From Chloroherpetonaceae bacterium (GTDB lineage: Bacteria > Bacteroidota > Chlorobiia > Chlorobiales > Thermochlorobacteraceae): a DNA stretch of 64,000 nt. Shown here piece after piece: positions 45,484 through 55,864 of this stretch (position 1 is the stretch's first letter; the number at the start of each line of letters is the position of its first letter). The notes below the pieces were generated by a model. That model was not told where the DNA came from, ran no database searches, and saw nothing but the letters and a program-made list of their open reading frames with translations. Both the position numbers and the translations under genes were made by a program. The stretch spans positions 61,689 to 125,688 of the forward strand of contig JANWWA010000004.1 in NCBI GenBank assembly GCA_025056565.1. Direction: 5' to 3'.

Positions 45484-47043
45484 ATGACAATGTGCCGACC
45501 AGCGTTTCTGCTGCTTTTTCTCCTTGCCGCTCGCCCAAGTCTTGCTAATTGGTCTGAGTCCTCTCTACCGCATTGGTCTCTTTCAGGGGCTTGCTTTAAT
45601 GTGTGCAGCGTAAATGGTTCTGCAGTGCAAGCAGGCTCAATGGGAGGCATGCCGGTTGCTGTACAGACATTAGCCCAGAGCGATGAACCTGTGCCCGCTG
45701 CTTGGTCTAATGCAAGATTTTCCTGTGCGAATGGCACAGGTGGAGTAGTGTATGCCGTTGCAACCGATGGAACAGGCAAGTGGTATGTTGGTGGTAGTTT
45801 CACAATGGTTAATGGCACGCAGAACCTTTCTGTCAACCACATTGCGTGCTTTGATGCCAAGACAAACACATGGTCGCCCTTAGGGAATGCGTCAGGGAAC
45901 GGGGTCAATGGCGAAGTGCGAGCTATTGTAGTGGTGGGCAACTCAGTTATTGTGGGAGGCGAATTTACCCAAGCCAATGTGGGGTCATCGTCGCCCGTAT
46001 CAGTCAATAACCTTGCTCGATTTGACCTGAGCACCCAAACTTGGTCGCCACTGGGTTCTGAAGCAGGCAATGGGGTTAATGGGCGGGTGTATGCACTGAG
46101 CGTGTTAGGCTCCCGCATTTTTGTAGGCGGTGATTTTACGCAAGCTAATGTAGGCAGTGCGGCACAAGTGCCTGCTAATCATCTTGCGATGTTCAATGTG
46201 CGCAATAGCACTTGGAGTGCATTAGGCACGGCAGGCGGGAATGGCGTCAACGGTGTGGTGTATGCAATTGCGTCAGTAGGAGAAGAAGTGTTCATCGGTG
46301 GAGATTTCACTGAAGCCAACTGTGGCGGGGCAGTGCTCAAAGCAAATGCAATTGCTCGCTTTCACCTTACGGCAAATCGGTGGTCGACACTGGGCTCAGG
46401 TGGCGGCAATGGCGTAAGCGGCGCTTCACAGCCAGCGGTGTATGCCCTTGCAGTGTCGGGTGAAGACGTGTTCGTCGGGGGCGAATTTACGCAGGTCAAT
46501 GCAGGCTCGCCAATTCTTGCAAACTACATTGCACGCTTTCACACGGGCACGAATACATGGTCGCCACTGGGCAAGCCGCCGGGCAATGGAGTTAATGGAG
46601 CGGTCAATGCAATTGCAGTGTTGGGCAATAGTGTGTTTGTTGGTGGCTTTTTTACCAAGGCTAATCTTGGTGCCACACTGCCCGTTATGGCAAGCTATGT
46701 TGCTCGGTTTCATCTGGATAGCCAAACTTGGTCAGTGCTAAGTTCTGGCAGCGGAGTCAACAACGAAGTGTATGCAATTGCGGCTTCTGGCAACGATGTA
46801 TTTATCGGTGGCAACTTTACACAAGCCAATGTGGGAGGTTCTGCAACCGTTTCAGCCAGTTTTGTGGTGCGTTTCAATGCGGGTACCAACACTTGGTCTG
46901 TTATTGGCTTTGAGCTGGGCTACCAGCATCGCAATTTCCAAGATGCACAGCCAAGTGCTAAACAGGCGCAGTCCCTTCAAAGCGATGCATTGGTGGTGGC
47001 AGCGGCAGTTGGCGGAAGTAAAACCGCATTGATGCTAACTTGA
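45484..47043 (+). CDS. secreted seven-repeat beta-propeller protein (Kelch-like / delta-60 DUF5122-like repeats)
   Basis: Signal peptide MTMCRPAFLLLFLLAARPSLA. Seven units of about 57 aa with the pattern VYA(I/L)xxxGxxVF(V/I)GGxFTxANxG....N.IARF...TNTWSxLG..GNGVNG. Confidence 0.8.
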   Translation: MTMCRPAFLLLFLLAARPSLANWSESSLPHWSLSGACFNVCSVNGSAVQAGSMGGMPVAVQTLAQSDEPVPAAWSNARFSCANGTGGVVYAVATDGTGKWYVGGSFTMVNGTQNLSVNHIACFDAKTNTWSPLGNASGNGVNGEVRAIVVVGNSVIVGGEFTQANVGSSSPVSVNNLARFDLSTQTWSPLGSEAGNGVNGRVYALSVLGSRIFVGGDFTQANVGSAAQVPANHLAMFNVRNSTWSALGTAGGNGVNGVVYAIASVGEEVFIGGDFTEANCGGAVLKANAIARFHLTANRWSTLGSGGGNGVSGASQPAVYALAVSGEDVFVGGEFTQVNAGSPILANYIARFHTGTNTWSPLGKPPGNGVNGAVNAIAVLGNSVFVGGFFTKANLGATLPVMASYVARFHLDSQTWSVLSSGSGVNNEVYAIAASGNDVFIGGNFTQANVGGSATVSASFVVRFNAGTNTWSVIGFELGYQHRNFQDAQPSAKQAQSLQSDALVVAAAVGGSKTALMLT

Positions 47044-47143
47044 TAAGCAGCACTATCACACGCTGTCCTGCAATCAAAAGCCAATCCTGCAGCAAGACTC
47101 AGAGGTAAGATTTCCTGTCATACTCGGTGGTCGCCTCTCACCG

Positions 47144-50100
47144 CTATTTATTGGTGTTGCATGTTGCGCGCTGCCCTGTTTTTGTGCTCTTGTGTGCAGC
47201 CAGTTGCTTCATTTGCGGAGTTGCGTCGGCTGCCGTTTGAGCTGGCTGTTCCTGCAGTGCTTTGATAATCTCGAGCAGCGCGTTTGTGTCAAAGGGTTTG
47301 GAGACGACGGTAATCCCTTGCTTGGCTAATGCGGCGGACTTGTGCGGTTCCAAGTAGCCTGTAATTGCGATAGCTTTCAGAGTAGGGCGTAACTTAAACA
47401 AGCGTTGAAAGAGCTGCAATCCATCCAAATTTGGCATACCCATATCGCTGATAACGATTTCAATCTCCTCCGAGTGCTTCTTAAAAAGCCGAAGCGCAGA
47501 GTCGCCGTCTTCAGCTTCAACAACGGATAGATTGTGGCGGCGCAAAAGTTGTGCAAGTGTTCTGCGCAAAAACGCTTCATCGTCGACAATCATCACGGTT
47601 GTCTTTTCCAGCTGCAAGGGCGGTGCTGCAGTTGCAACTTCGACCAAGTCTTGTTGCTGCAAAAGGGGCAAGATCACTTTGAAGGTCGTGCCGCAGCCAA
47701 GCTCGCTTTCAACATCAATCGTGCCTTGATGAGCGGTTACAAAGCCATGCACAATCGCAAGGCCTAGCCCTGTGCCTTTACCAATGCCTTTGGTAGTGAA
47801 GAAAGGTTCAAAGATGCGGGAACGGATTTCGGGCGGGATGCCAGTGCCTGTATCACGCACTTCTACGACCACTGCGGGTTCAGCTTCTGGGGTCAGGATT
47901 GGGCAAGTCGTTGTGTAGACCTTGAACTCCAACTCACCGCCATTAGGCATCGCATCGCCCGCATTAATGCCCAAATTGAGAAAGACTTGGTAAAGCTGCT
48001 TGTCACTGCCATTGATAAGGGCTTTGTCGGCAAGCAGTGTTGCAGAAACGCTAATTTTTTTGTCCAGCAATCGGCGCAGCGTGGCGGCAACATCGCTCAC
48101 GACCTCAATCAGGTTCAAGGGCTGCATCTCGGTTTTCTCAGAGCGTGAGAAGTCCAGCAATTGGCGGGCGATGCTGGCACCGCGCTCAATGGTTTTGCGA
48201 ATCGTGGCAACTTGCTTTTGCACAGTTTGAGTTTTGGCATGCAGTCCGATATGCTCATTAGCTAGCCCAATGATAGCCATAATGTTGTTGAATTCGTGTG
48301 CAATACCGCTAGCAAGTGTGCCAATTGCTTCCAGCTTTTGAGAGGCTAACATTTTCTCCATGATCTGCTGGCGCTCTATTTCGGCTTCCTTTTGCGCAGT
48401 GATGTCAATAACCACGTGACTGACGCGCACGACTTTGCCTTCGTCATTTTTGGTCATAGAGCTAATTGAGCGAATGTATTTGATGCGCCCACCGTCTAAG
48501 AGCAAGCGAAATTCCGTCTCATAGTCTTGACCAGTTGCAATGGCTGCTTGATGCTGCCGCATGATGCGGTCACGGTCATCTGGGTGCACGCGCTGCAGGA
48601 AGTCCTCAAAGGTAAGATGGCGTTGCTCGGGAGAGATTTCAAAAATGCGGTAGGTTTCCTTTGACCATTCAATGGTGTGCGTAAGCAGATTCATCTCGCA
48701 ACTACCGATGTGTGCAATCGCTTGGGCTTCTGCCAGCATCGCTTCGCTACGGCGAAGTCGGTCTTCGGCTCGCTTGCGCTCGGTAACATTCTGCACGACG
48801 ACCATTACCTGAGTCGTCTGTCCATCGCTGTCGTGCAGTGGCGTGGCAATGTATTCATACTGCGCCGTGCCAAAATCCAGCTCAAAGCGGCTTTCTGTGC
48901 CTTTAAGAGCGCTAAGCAAGTAAGGTTTAAGTTGCGCAGCAAGGTGTGGCGGATAAATCTGGTCAACTGTTCTGCCAACTAATTGCTCAGGGAGAATACC
49001 CACACGGCGATACTCGGTGCCTTCGGTGAAGACCAGCGTAAGGTTCGAATCGTAGATGCCCAGCATGCCGTTTGGGAAATTCCTTGCAATTGTTTCGTAG
49101 AGCTTCTGGGAACGATGCAGCTCACGGGTGCGCTCACGAATACGCTTCTCCAGAGAACGGTTCAGCTGGCGCAGCTCCAGCTCCAGTTGCTTTTGCGCTG
49201 TGATGTCTTGCGCTGTGCCGATGATTTGCACAACCTTACCACTTTCATCGCGCATAAAGACACGATGCATCATGCGAAGCCAGCGCCATTCGCCTTTGTG
49301 GTTTTTCATTCTAAGCTCTCGCACGAATGTGTCACTATCGCTGGCGGTGTCGAAGAATGCCTGATGTTCAGCAAGCACATTGAGGTCGTCAGGATGCAAT
49401 TTTTCTTGGAAACGGGAGCTACTGAAATTTTGGAGATCAGCAGGCGAATAATTCCCAAAGGAGATAGCTTCACGATTCAAAAAAGTAAAGCGCTGCTGCT
49501 GAATGTCGTAGAGGTAAATGAGGTTGGGCGAGAGGTCAACAACCTGACGCACAAACTCGCTTTTCTCTCGCAATTCGTCTTCAGCGCGCTTTTTTTCGGT
49601 AATATCCAGAAAAATGCCGTTAAATGTAACCCATTTTGACTCAGGGCTGTGCGTCGGTACGCTATATGCCTGAATCCAACGAATGTCGCCATTTGGCTTG
49701 CGGATCCTGAAGCGCATTGAAAATGGTACCAACTGACGAGCGCAGCGATGCACTTCAGCGACAATCGAAGGGAGTTCCTCTGGAAAGAGCAGTTGTGCAA
49801 ATTGACCTATATCGGCAGCCAGCACAGTGCTGCTAATACCAAAGACGTCTTGTGCTTGCGGACTAATGTAGGCATATCGACTGGTTTGCGCCACTGTCTG
49901 CATATCGCCACGCTGGTAGGCTGCCCAGTTGGCTTCAGGCTCAATCTCGTAGCGGTAAATCACGCATGGCACCAGTGAGGTTACAGCCGAAAGCTGCGCG
50001 GCTTGTGCTTCACGCGTGGCTTCAGCGCGCTTGCGCTCTGTGATGTTGAGCGTAACGGTCAGAATGTGTTCAATTTCCCCAGCTTCATTTGGCAATGGCA

Positions 50101-50872
50101 CGGCGACATTTTGATAGATGAACCCGCCGTGTTCGAACTCAAAGGCTTGCGGTTCACCTTGAAAGACTTTGCGGTAGAGTGCCTTAGACCGCGTCAGGTC
50201 TTTATTCGGGAAAAGCTCATCAAGTGACTTGCCCACCAGCGTAGCGGCATCGAGCCCATACTTTGCATACTCCTCGCCATCGGCGAAGCGTAGACGGAAC
50301 TCTTTGTCCAGCACATTAATTGCGCCTGAGGGAAAATGATGTGCGACCGCTTTAAGCAGGCGCTCTGTTTCGGACGCTCTGCTTTCTTTTTCACGCAACT
50401 CTTTTTCCAGACGCTTTTGCTCATGCATCAAAGCTTGGAATTCTTCACGAGCGCGTGTTAGCTCAGCTTGAAGAAGTCGCAGGGCATCGGCATAATCGCT
50501 CAGGTGTCGCTCTCGCACAATGGAGAGCATTCTTGTACGCTTGCCCTCTACTTCCTCGAAGAAGACAACGGTCTCGAGCGAAAGTTGAAAGCCACTGTGC
50601 AGAGTGTGCGTAGAAAAGAAGCGCTCACCATCTTTTGCCGATGCAAAAAGTGATTCATATCGGGCAACAATGCTGGCTTGAGCTTCAACGGGGTAGAGCA
50701 CCGAGATGTGCTTTCCGATGAGGTGATTCAACTCGTGCTGGTAGAGCTTTGCAAAGGCAGGGTTAGCCCACACAATTGTGCCAGCTTCGTCCGTCATTAC
50801 GACGCCATCTGATACACTTTCCCAAATTGCCTGACACAACTTGTCAGAAAGTGAAATAAAATCTGTTCGCAT
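47144..50872 (-). CDS. hybrid sensor histidine kinase (multiple PAS/PAC, HisKA, HATPase_c, C-terminal receiver)
   Basis: At least five PAC-type endings ([54 protein letters not shown]). H-box [15 protein letters not shown] boxes [26 protein letters not shown]. Receiver VMIVDDEAF...[12 protein letters not shown]...AITGY. Confidence 0.9.
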   Translation of the reverse strand: MRTDFISLSDKLCQAIWESVSDGVVMTDEAGTIVWANPAFAKLYQHELNHLIGKHISVLYPVEAQASIVARYESLFASAKDGERFFSTHTLHSGFQLSLETVVFFEEVEGKRTRMLSIVRERHLSDYADALRLLQAELTRAREEFQALMHEQKRLEKELREKESRASETERLLKAVAHHFPSGAINVLDKEFRLRFADGEEYAKYGLDAATLVGKSLDELFPNKDLTRSKALYRKVFQGEPQAFEFEHGGFIYQNVAVPLPNEAGEIEHILTVTLNITERKRAEATREAQAAQLSAVTSLVPCVIYRYEIEPEANWAAYQRGDMQTVAQTSRYAYISPQAQDVFGISSTVLAADIGQFAQLLFPEELPSIVAEVHRCARQLVPFSMRFRIRKPNGDIRWIQAYSVPTHSPESKWVTFNGIFLDITEKKRAEDELREKSEFVRQVVDLSPNLIYLYDIQQQRFTFLNREAISFGNYSPADLQNFSSSRFQEKLHPDDLNVLAEHQAFFDTASDSDTFVRELRMKNHKGEWRWLRMMHRVFMRDESGKVVQIIGTAQDITAQKQLELELRQLNRSLEKRIRERTRELHRSQKLYETIARNFPNGMLGIYDSNLTLVFTEGTEYRRVGILPEQLVGRTVDQIYPPHLAAQLKPYLLSALKGTESRFELDFGTAQYEYIATPLHDSDGQTTQVMVVVQNVTERKRAEDRLRRSEAMLAEAQAIAHIGSCEMNLLTHTIEWSKETYRIFEISPEQRHLTFEDFLQRVHPDDRDRIMRQHQAAIATGQDYETEFRLLLDGGRIKYIRSISSMTKNDEGKVVRVSHVVIDITAQKEAEIERQQIMEKMLASQKLEAIGTLASGIAHEFNNIMAIIGLANEHIGLHAKTQTVQKQVATIRKTIERGASIARQLLDFSRSEKTEMQPLNLIEVVSDVAATLRRLLDKKISVSATLLADKALINGSDKQLYQVFLNLGINAGDAMPNGGELEFKVYTTTCPILTPEAEPAVVVEVRDTGTGIPPEIRSRIFEPFFTTKGIGKGTGLGLAIVHGFVTAHQGTIDVESELGCGTTFKVILPLLQQQDLVEVATAAPPLQLEKTTVMIVDDEAFLRRTLAQLLRRHNLSVVEAEDGDSALRLFKKHSEEIEIVISDMGMPNLDGLQLFQRLFKLRPTLKAIAITGYLEPHKSAALAKQGITVVSKPFDTNALLEIIKALQEQPAQTAADATPQMKQLAAHKSTKTGQRATCNTNK

Positions 50873-50956
50873 AGTGCATCAAGTTGTTAGGGTGTTCAAG
50901 CGCTGCTCTCAGATTCAGATTACCAAGTGTAAACCTGTTCGAAAGTGTGCCAATCG

Positions 50957-52231
50957 CTAATGCTGCGCTACAATATTCTTTTGAGCAGGCAAGTGGCGCA
51001 TTAGACCTGCTTCTACATTTTCTTTGCAGCGCAGGACCGCTTCGCTGAGCGCGGCACTGAGCTTGCTAATATCCCACGGCTTTTGAATGTGCCGAAACAG
51101 CAAGCCCTTATTGATGAGTGCGATAATATCCTCAATGTCGCTGAAGGCAGTCATTAGAATTTTTGGTACCAGCGGGGCTAAGGCTTCAGCTTCTTGCAAG
51201 AACTGGCTGCCTGATTTCTTGGGCATTCGCATATCGGTAAGAATACATGCTACGAAGGCGCTGCTTTCCAGAATATCCAGAGCCGCATCGGCTGAGGTGC
51301 AAGTGAGCACGTCGTAATCTGCACTAAGAAGCTCAGAGAGCGCACTGAGCACACGGCTTTCATCGTCGACAACCAGAATTCTGGGTTTGCCACTTCGACC
51401 ACAGAAGACTTTTTCGAATACAGACTTCTCGTTAGGTAGAGTCTGCAAAGCTGTCGAGAATTTTGCCTTGCTCTCTTCAAGGAGCGCGACTTTGGCATTA
51501 AGCTTTGCGAAAAATTCTTCTTCAAAGCTCTCGAACTTCTTAAGCTCAGAAATGGCCTCAGCTCGGAAGGCAGCAAAGAATTCCTCTTCGAAGCTTTCAA
51601 AGACACGTTCAGGCGACAATTGGTCTGAAGCGACCTCAGAGCGAGCAAAGAACTCTTCTTCAAAGCTTGTGTAGCCCGGGTCAGTTTTGCGCCGCTGTGG
51701 AAGTGGGTCTGGAATCGGGGGCAGGTGGCCATCAGGCGGTGGCACAAAATTTGGGTCAGTGCGCCGACGCTGTGGGATGGGCGCAGGTGATGCCGCTTGC
51801 TGAGTAGAAGCAGGTGCTTTCTTTGGCTGCTCACGATTCATCTTTTGGCAGCGCAGCATATAGCTAGCCATTGCCAGTGCCACGATAGATTTTAGCGTCT
51901 CTGGCACCCATGGCTTGCGCACATATCGAAAAACCTCTCCTACATTAACCGAGTCCAGCACAGCATCTAAGTCAGCGTATCCAGTGAGCAAGATGCGCAT
52001 GGTGTGAGGGGCAATCTGCTTGACATTGCGCAGCAGTTCTACGCCCCGCATACCGGGCATACGCTGGTCGCTGATGACAATCGCCACATCAAGATGGTGT
52101 TGCAAGAGCGTGAGTGCCGTCTGCCCATCAGAGGCAGTGAGAACTTGAAACTCTCTGTCGAAGAGTTGCGAGAGCGACTCTAACACCTGCGGCTCATCGT
52201 CGACGATAAGCATTTTGGGTTTTTTATGCAT
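50957..52231 (-). CDS. response regulator with two receiver domains and a repeat-containing linker, no output domain
   Basis: REC1 MLIVDDEP...ISDQRMPGMRG...LLTGY...FRYVRKPW. REC2 ILVVDDES...LTDMRMPKKSG...LMTAF...FRHIQKPW. The linker of about 155 aa has 2x PQRR(R/K)TDP and 3x SFEEEFFA. Confidence 0.9.
   Translation of the reverse strand: MHKKPKMLIVDDEPQVLESLSQLFDREFQVLTASDGQTALTLLQHHLDVAIVISDQRMPGMRGVELLRNVKQIAPHTMRILLTGYADLDAVLDSVNVGEVFRYVRKPWVPETLKSIVALAMASYMLRCQKMNREQPKKAPASTQQAASPAPIPQRRRTDPNFVPPPDGHLPPIPDPLPQRRKTDPGYTSFEEEFFARSEVASDQLSPERVFESFEEEFFAAFRAEAISELKKFESFEEEFFAKLNAKVALLEESKAKFSTALQTLPNEKSVFEKVFCGRSGKPRILVVDDESRVLSALSELLSADYDVLTCTSADAALDILESSAFVACILTDMRMPKKSGSQFLQEAEALAPLVPKILMTAFSDIEDIIALINKGLLFRHIQKPWDISKLSAALSEAVLRCKENVEAGLMRHLPAQKNIVAQH
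51506..51775 (-). repeat. intragenic short-motif repeats in the REC-REC linker
   Basis: Encodes PQRRRTDP and PQRRKTDP, then YTSFEEEFFA, FESFEEEFFA and FESFEEEFFA. The corresponding DNA units (gaa/gag-ttc-ttc-aaa/gaa-gct) are visibly repeated at about 51510, 51580 and 51650. Confidence 0.85.
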
Positions 52232-52273
52232 TGTTCTACCCTACTTGATTGTTTCATCTTCCAAAATATGAAC

Positions 52274-52321
52274 GGGGCGAGGGAAGACAGGGTAAAAACC
52301 AAATATGCTGACCCTCGCCCT
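52274..52321 (-). terminator. long-loop hairpin between kinase 2 and response regulator 1 (possible terminator/processing site)
   Basis: Perfect 9-bp GC-rich stem GGGCGAGGG (52275-52283) / CCCTCGCCC (52312-52320) with a 28-nt loop. On the minus strand it is followed by GUUCAUAUUUUGG. Confidence 0.4.
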
Positions 52322-52350
52322 TAAAGTTGCCCCGAGTAGTTGCAAAGGAT

Positions 52351-55300
52351 TTAACTTTTCGTTTCCAAAAATTCCACAGCGGGAATTTTCACAAAGAAGG
52401 TGGTGCCAACGCCTTCTTCAGTCTCAAAATATAGCTTGCCATTGTGCTTTTGCACGATAGAGTAGCAAATCGAAAGGCCGAGACCTGTGCCTTTGCCAAC
52501 AGGCTTTGTCGTAAAGAACGGGTCAAAAATCTTGGATTGGATGTGCTTGGGAATGCCCTTGCCATTGTCACTAACCTTGACGACAACATAACCATCTTCA
52601 AGACCAGTTGACACGTGCACTTTGCCTTCAGGCCTTTCCTCGACAGCGTGAATGGCATTTTGAATCAAGTTCAAAAACACTTGGTTGAGCTGCGCAGGGA
52701 AGCAATCAACCATTGGAATGTCGCCATATTCCGTAGTCAGCTCAATATTTTTGTCTTTCAACTGATGCCCAATCATTAAGAGACAGCTACGCACTCCTTC
52801 ATTGATATCAGCTTTTTTCATTTCAGCTTCATCGAGGCGTGAGAAGTTGCGCATGCTCCGAACAAGGTTTGCCATCTGCTCAAAGCCCAGCATCACACCG
52901 TTAAAGAGGCGATCCGTGCGGCGAATGGTCTCGTCGAGTTCCGCTATCGTGCCGTTTGGCGAATGGCTGACCTCCTGCATTTTTGTAAAGGCTTCCTCGA
53001 GCTGACCGTTATAGACACAATCCTGTGCTTCGATCGCTTTGCGAAGCAGCGCAGAGATATTCTTGAAGCGGTCGCGAATAAGTGCCACATTGTTGGAGGC
53101 GTAGCCGATTGGGGTATTAAGTTCGTGTGCAATACCAGCGACCATTTGCCCCAGTGCCGACATCTTTTCCGATTGAATGAGATGCTTTTGTGTCTCTTGG
53201 ATTTCCTTGATGCGCGCCTGCAGCTCAGCTTCCAATGTTTTAAGCTGTGTGATATCTACACAGATCCCATACCAAAGGATTGCCCCATCTTCACGCTTCG
53301 TTGGCTTGCCTTGAAAACGCGTCCAAATGCGTTTGCCAGTGGGCAGCGTAAAGCACGTCTCGTATAGGAACGGTGACATATTAGCAGCAGATTCTGCTAC
53401 AGCAACTTGCGAAGCGGCAACATCATCAGGCTCCATCATTGCAAAAAGTAGTGATGGGTTTTGCATAATTGCTTCGGGTTCCAATCCAAAAATGTCGCGG
53501 CAGCCTTCGCTAACATATGGCATCTGAATAGTCCCATCAGGCAGAAGTGCAAACTGGTAAATCATTCCGGGCACGGCATTCACCGTCTTGCGGAAGTTTT
53601 CTTCGCTCTTGCGCAGTTTTTCTTCGGTTTCTTTAATGTCGGTGATGTCCTGCATCGGGCCGAACACGCGAATCGGTGTGCCGTTGGCATCTCGCTCAAT
53701 ATCGTAGATAACCTTGATGTAGCGAATGCGCCCGTTGTCAGCCCGACGAATGCGATAAGTGGCATCACCACGCAAGGCGGTGGGTGAAGACAGGACGGCT
53801 TGGAAACGCTGCATCGTTTCCAGTGCGTCTTCTGGCAACACGAAGCGCTCAAAGAACCTTTGCACACTCATCTGATATCCCCCTTCTTGCTCTGCACTTG
53901 TGCCCAACAGAGCGTAGCAGCGGTCGTTCAGGGTAGAGACCTGTGTGCGCAAATCGCTTTCCCAGAAAGCCAGCTGAGCAAGGTCGGCGGCGGCGTTCAT
54001 CTGCGCCTGCTGCTGTCGCAGTTTCGCTTCGGCTTCTTTGCGCTCACGCGATTGCATGGCAAGTGAAACCATATCCGCCACATACAGCGCAAAGTTGATT
54101 TCTTCGCCCGTCCACTCACGTGTGCCGCCAAGATGCTCCAAACAAATCACGCCTAAGACCTGGCCGTTGTAACGGATAGGCACATCAAGCATAGCCCCGA
54201 TGCCTTGCGGGGTCAGATAGACATCTGAAAACTCAGCCGTGGCAGGATGACGGTGTGCATCGGTTGCAACAATGTTGCGTTCCGACCGCAGCGCCGCAAA
54301 GTAATTTGGAAAGTCTTTGGCAAAAAGCTCTGTGCCTTTGGAGTGCGTCCGTGTAGGCTGATGGAAGACATCAACTGACACAATTTTAGTCATTTCGTCA
54401 TCGACAAACCACACTCCTGCTTGGCCTACACTAATTGCATCGCAAAGTTGTTCGGTTAGCACGGCAACAGCGCTATCAAAATCACCATTGTAAAACTCGG
54501 GGCGCGTCGAGATATTCTGTTGAACGGTTTGGATTTTGGCAACAAGCTGCTCGCGCTGCTTTTGCTCGGTAATCTCAGTGCGCACACCATAGAGAACAAT
54601 GCTGCCGTCCGCTTGCTTTTCTGGATTGGAGTTGACACGCACCCACTTGGTCTTTCCAGAAGGCGTGATGATGCGCATTGTAATATCTAGTGGCACAAGA
54701 TGCTCTAATGTGCGGCGAATTTGTCGCCAGTATGCTTCTACATCGTCGGGGTGCCACATTTTGGTCAGAATTGTGGCATCACGCATCGCTTCTTCTGCGC
54801 TAACTTCGTAGAGCGCTTTGCAATTTTCACTCATAAACGGATAGGAGTATGTGCCATCAGGATTAAACTTTAATTGGTAAATGACACTGGGCACAGTGTT
54901 GACGGTTTTTCGGAAGATTTCTTCGCTCTTGCGCAGTTTTTCTTCGGCTTCTTTGATGTCGGTGATGTCCTGCATCGGGCCGAAGAGGCGAACAGGCACG
55001 CTGTCCGCGTTGCGCTCCACGTGGTAGATGACCTTAATGTAGCGAATCGTGCCGTCGTCAGCCCGACGAATGCGATAGGTTGCTTCACCACGATTCAGTG
55101 TGGGCGAAGCTAAAATGGCTTGCAGGTGCTGCACCGAAGCAGGCACATCTTCGGGCAGAACAAAGCGTGAGAGGTAATCCTCGATTGAAATTTCGTATTT
55201 GCCTTCGCGTGCAACGCTGGTGCCCAGAAGCGCATAGCATTGTTCGTTGAAGAAAAAGCACTGCTTCTGCAAATCCCCTTCCCAGAATGCCAGCTTTGCC

Positions 55301-55842
55301 AGATCGACGGCGGCATTGAGTTGCTCTTGCTGCAAGCGCAGTCGGGCTTCAGCTTCTTTTTGCGCCGTGATGTCCATGCGCACGCCGTAGAAGAGTAGAC
55401 CGCCATCTGGCTGCAGTTCTGGCTGCGAGCGCACATGTAGCCACTTGATTTGACCGTCAGGCATCACAATGCGACATTCCATATCAAAAGGCTGCAAAGT
55501 GCGACGGCATTCCTCAACACGGCGCATATACTCGCCGACATCATCAGGGTGCCACATGCGCGTAATCAGCGACGCATCTTGCATAATGCGTTCTGGCTCA
55601 ATGCCATAGATGGCTTTGCTGCCTTCGCTGACAAATGGATAGACAATTGTGCCATCGGGACGAAAGAGAATCTGATAAATCATACTGGGCACGGTGTTCA
55701 CCATCTTGCGAAAGGTCTCTTCACTTGGGCGCAATCGGCGTTCCAGTTCAGCTTGCGTGGCAGCGTAGTGGGTGGCGGTGCTGGCTTCTGTGTAATGCCC
55801 ATTTCCATTTTCGTGGTTCGTGTGCAGGTCTTTGGTCAACAT
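52351..55842 (-). CDS. sensor histidine kinase (five PAS/PAC, one GAF, HisKA, HATPase_c)
   Basis: PAC endings [57 protein letters not shown]-like region GVWFVDDE...[21 protein letters not shown]-box [38 protein letters not shown]. Confidence 0.9.
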   Translation of the reverse strand: MLTKDLHTNHENGNGHYTEASTATHYAATQAELERRLRPSEETFRKMVNTVPSMIYQILFRPDGTIVYPFVSEGSKAIYGIEPERIMQDASLITRMWHPDDVGEYMRRVEECRRTLQPFDMECRIVMPDGQIKWLHVRSQPELQPDGGLLFYGVRMDITAQKEAEARLRLQQEQLNAAVDLAKLAFWEGDLQKQCFFFNEQCYALLGTSVAREGKYEISIEDYLSRFVLPEDVPASVQHLQAILASPTLNRGEATYRIRRADDGTIRYIKVIYHVERNADSVPVRLFGPMQDITDIKEAEEKLRKSEEIFRKTVNTVPSVIYQLKFNPDGTYSYPFMSENCKALYEVSAEEAMRDATILTKMWHPDDVEAYWRQIRRTLEHLVPLDITMRIITPSGKTKWVRVNSNPEKQADGSIVLYGVRTEITEQKQREQLVAKIQTVQQNISTRPEFYNGDFDSAVAVLTEQLCDAISVGQAGVWFVDDEMTKIVSVDVFHQPTRTHSKGTELFAKDFPNYFAALRSERNIVATDAHRHPATAEFSDVYLTPQGIGAMLDVPIRYNGQVLGVICLEHLGGTREWTGEEINFALYVADMVSLAMQSRERKEAEAKLRQQQAQMNAAADLAQLAFWESDLRTQVSTLNDRCYALLGTSAEQEGGYQMSVQRFFERFVLPEDALETMQRFQAVLSSPTALRGDATYRIRRADNGRIRYIKVIYDIERDANGTPIRVFGPMQDITDIKETEEKLRKSEENFRKTVNAVPGMIYQFALLPDGTIQMPYVSEGCRDIFGLEPEAIMQNPSLLFAMMEPDDVAASQVAVAESAANMSPFLYETCFTLPTGKRIWTRFQGKPTKREDGAILWYGICVDITQLKTLEAELQARIKEIQETQKHLIQSEKMSALGQMVAGIAHELNTPIGYASNNVALIRDRFKNISALLRKAIEAQDCVYNGQLEEAFTKMQEVSHSPNGTIAELDETIRRTDRLFNGVMLGFEQMANLVRSMRNFSRLDEAEMKKADINEGVRSCLLMIGHQLKDKNIELTTEYGDIPMVDCFPAQLNQVFLNLIQNAIHAVEERPEGKVHVSTGLEDGYVVVKVSDNGKGIPKHIQSKIFDPFFTTKPVGKGTGLGLSICYSIVQKHNGKLYFETEEGVGTTFFVKIPAVEFLETKS
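53533..54036 (-). repeat. intragenic duplication copy 2 (PAS unit, kinase 2 residues ~603-770)
   Basis: See copy 1. Shared peptides include [59 protein letters not shown]. Confidence 0.85.
54853..55356 (-). repeat. intragenic duplication copy 1 (PAS unit, kinase 2 residues ~163-330)
   Basis: Colinear with residues ~603-770 at a constant offset of 440 aa (1320 nt). Includes a 74-nt stretch (54911-54984) with only 3 mismatches to 53591-53664. Confidence 0.85.
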
Positions 55843-55864
55843 AGTGTCCTCCTTCAGTGTGGGT

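Noticed and set aside
45408-46118. 236-aa minus-strand ORF opposite the propeller gene.
   Set aside because: It is a shadow ORF generated by the periodic, codon-biased repeat DNA. Its translation is low-complexity (P/T/L-rich) and extends upstream of the propeller gene without a plausible start context.
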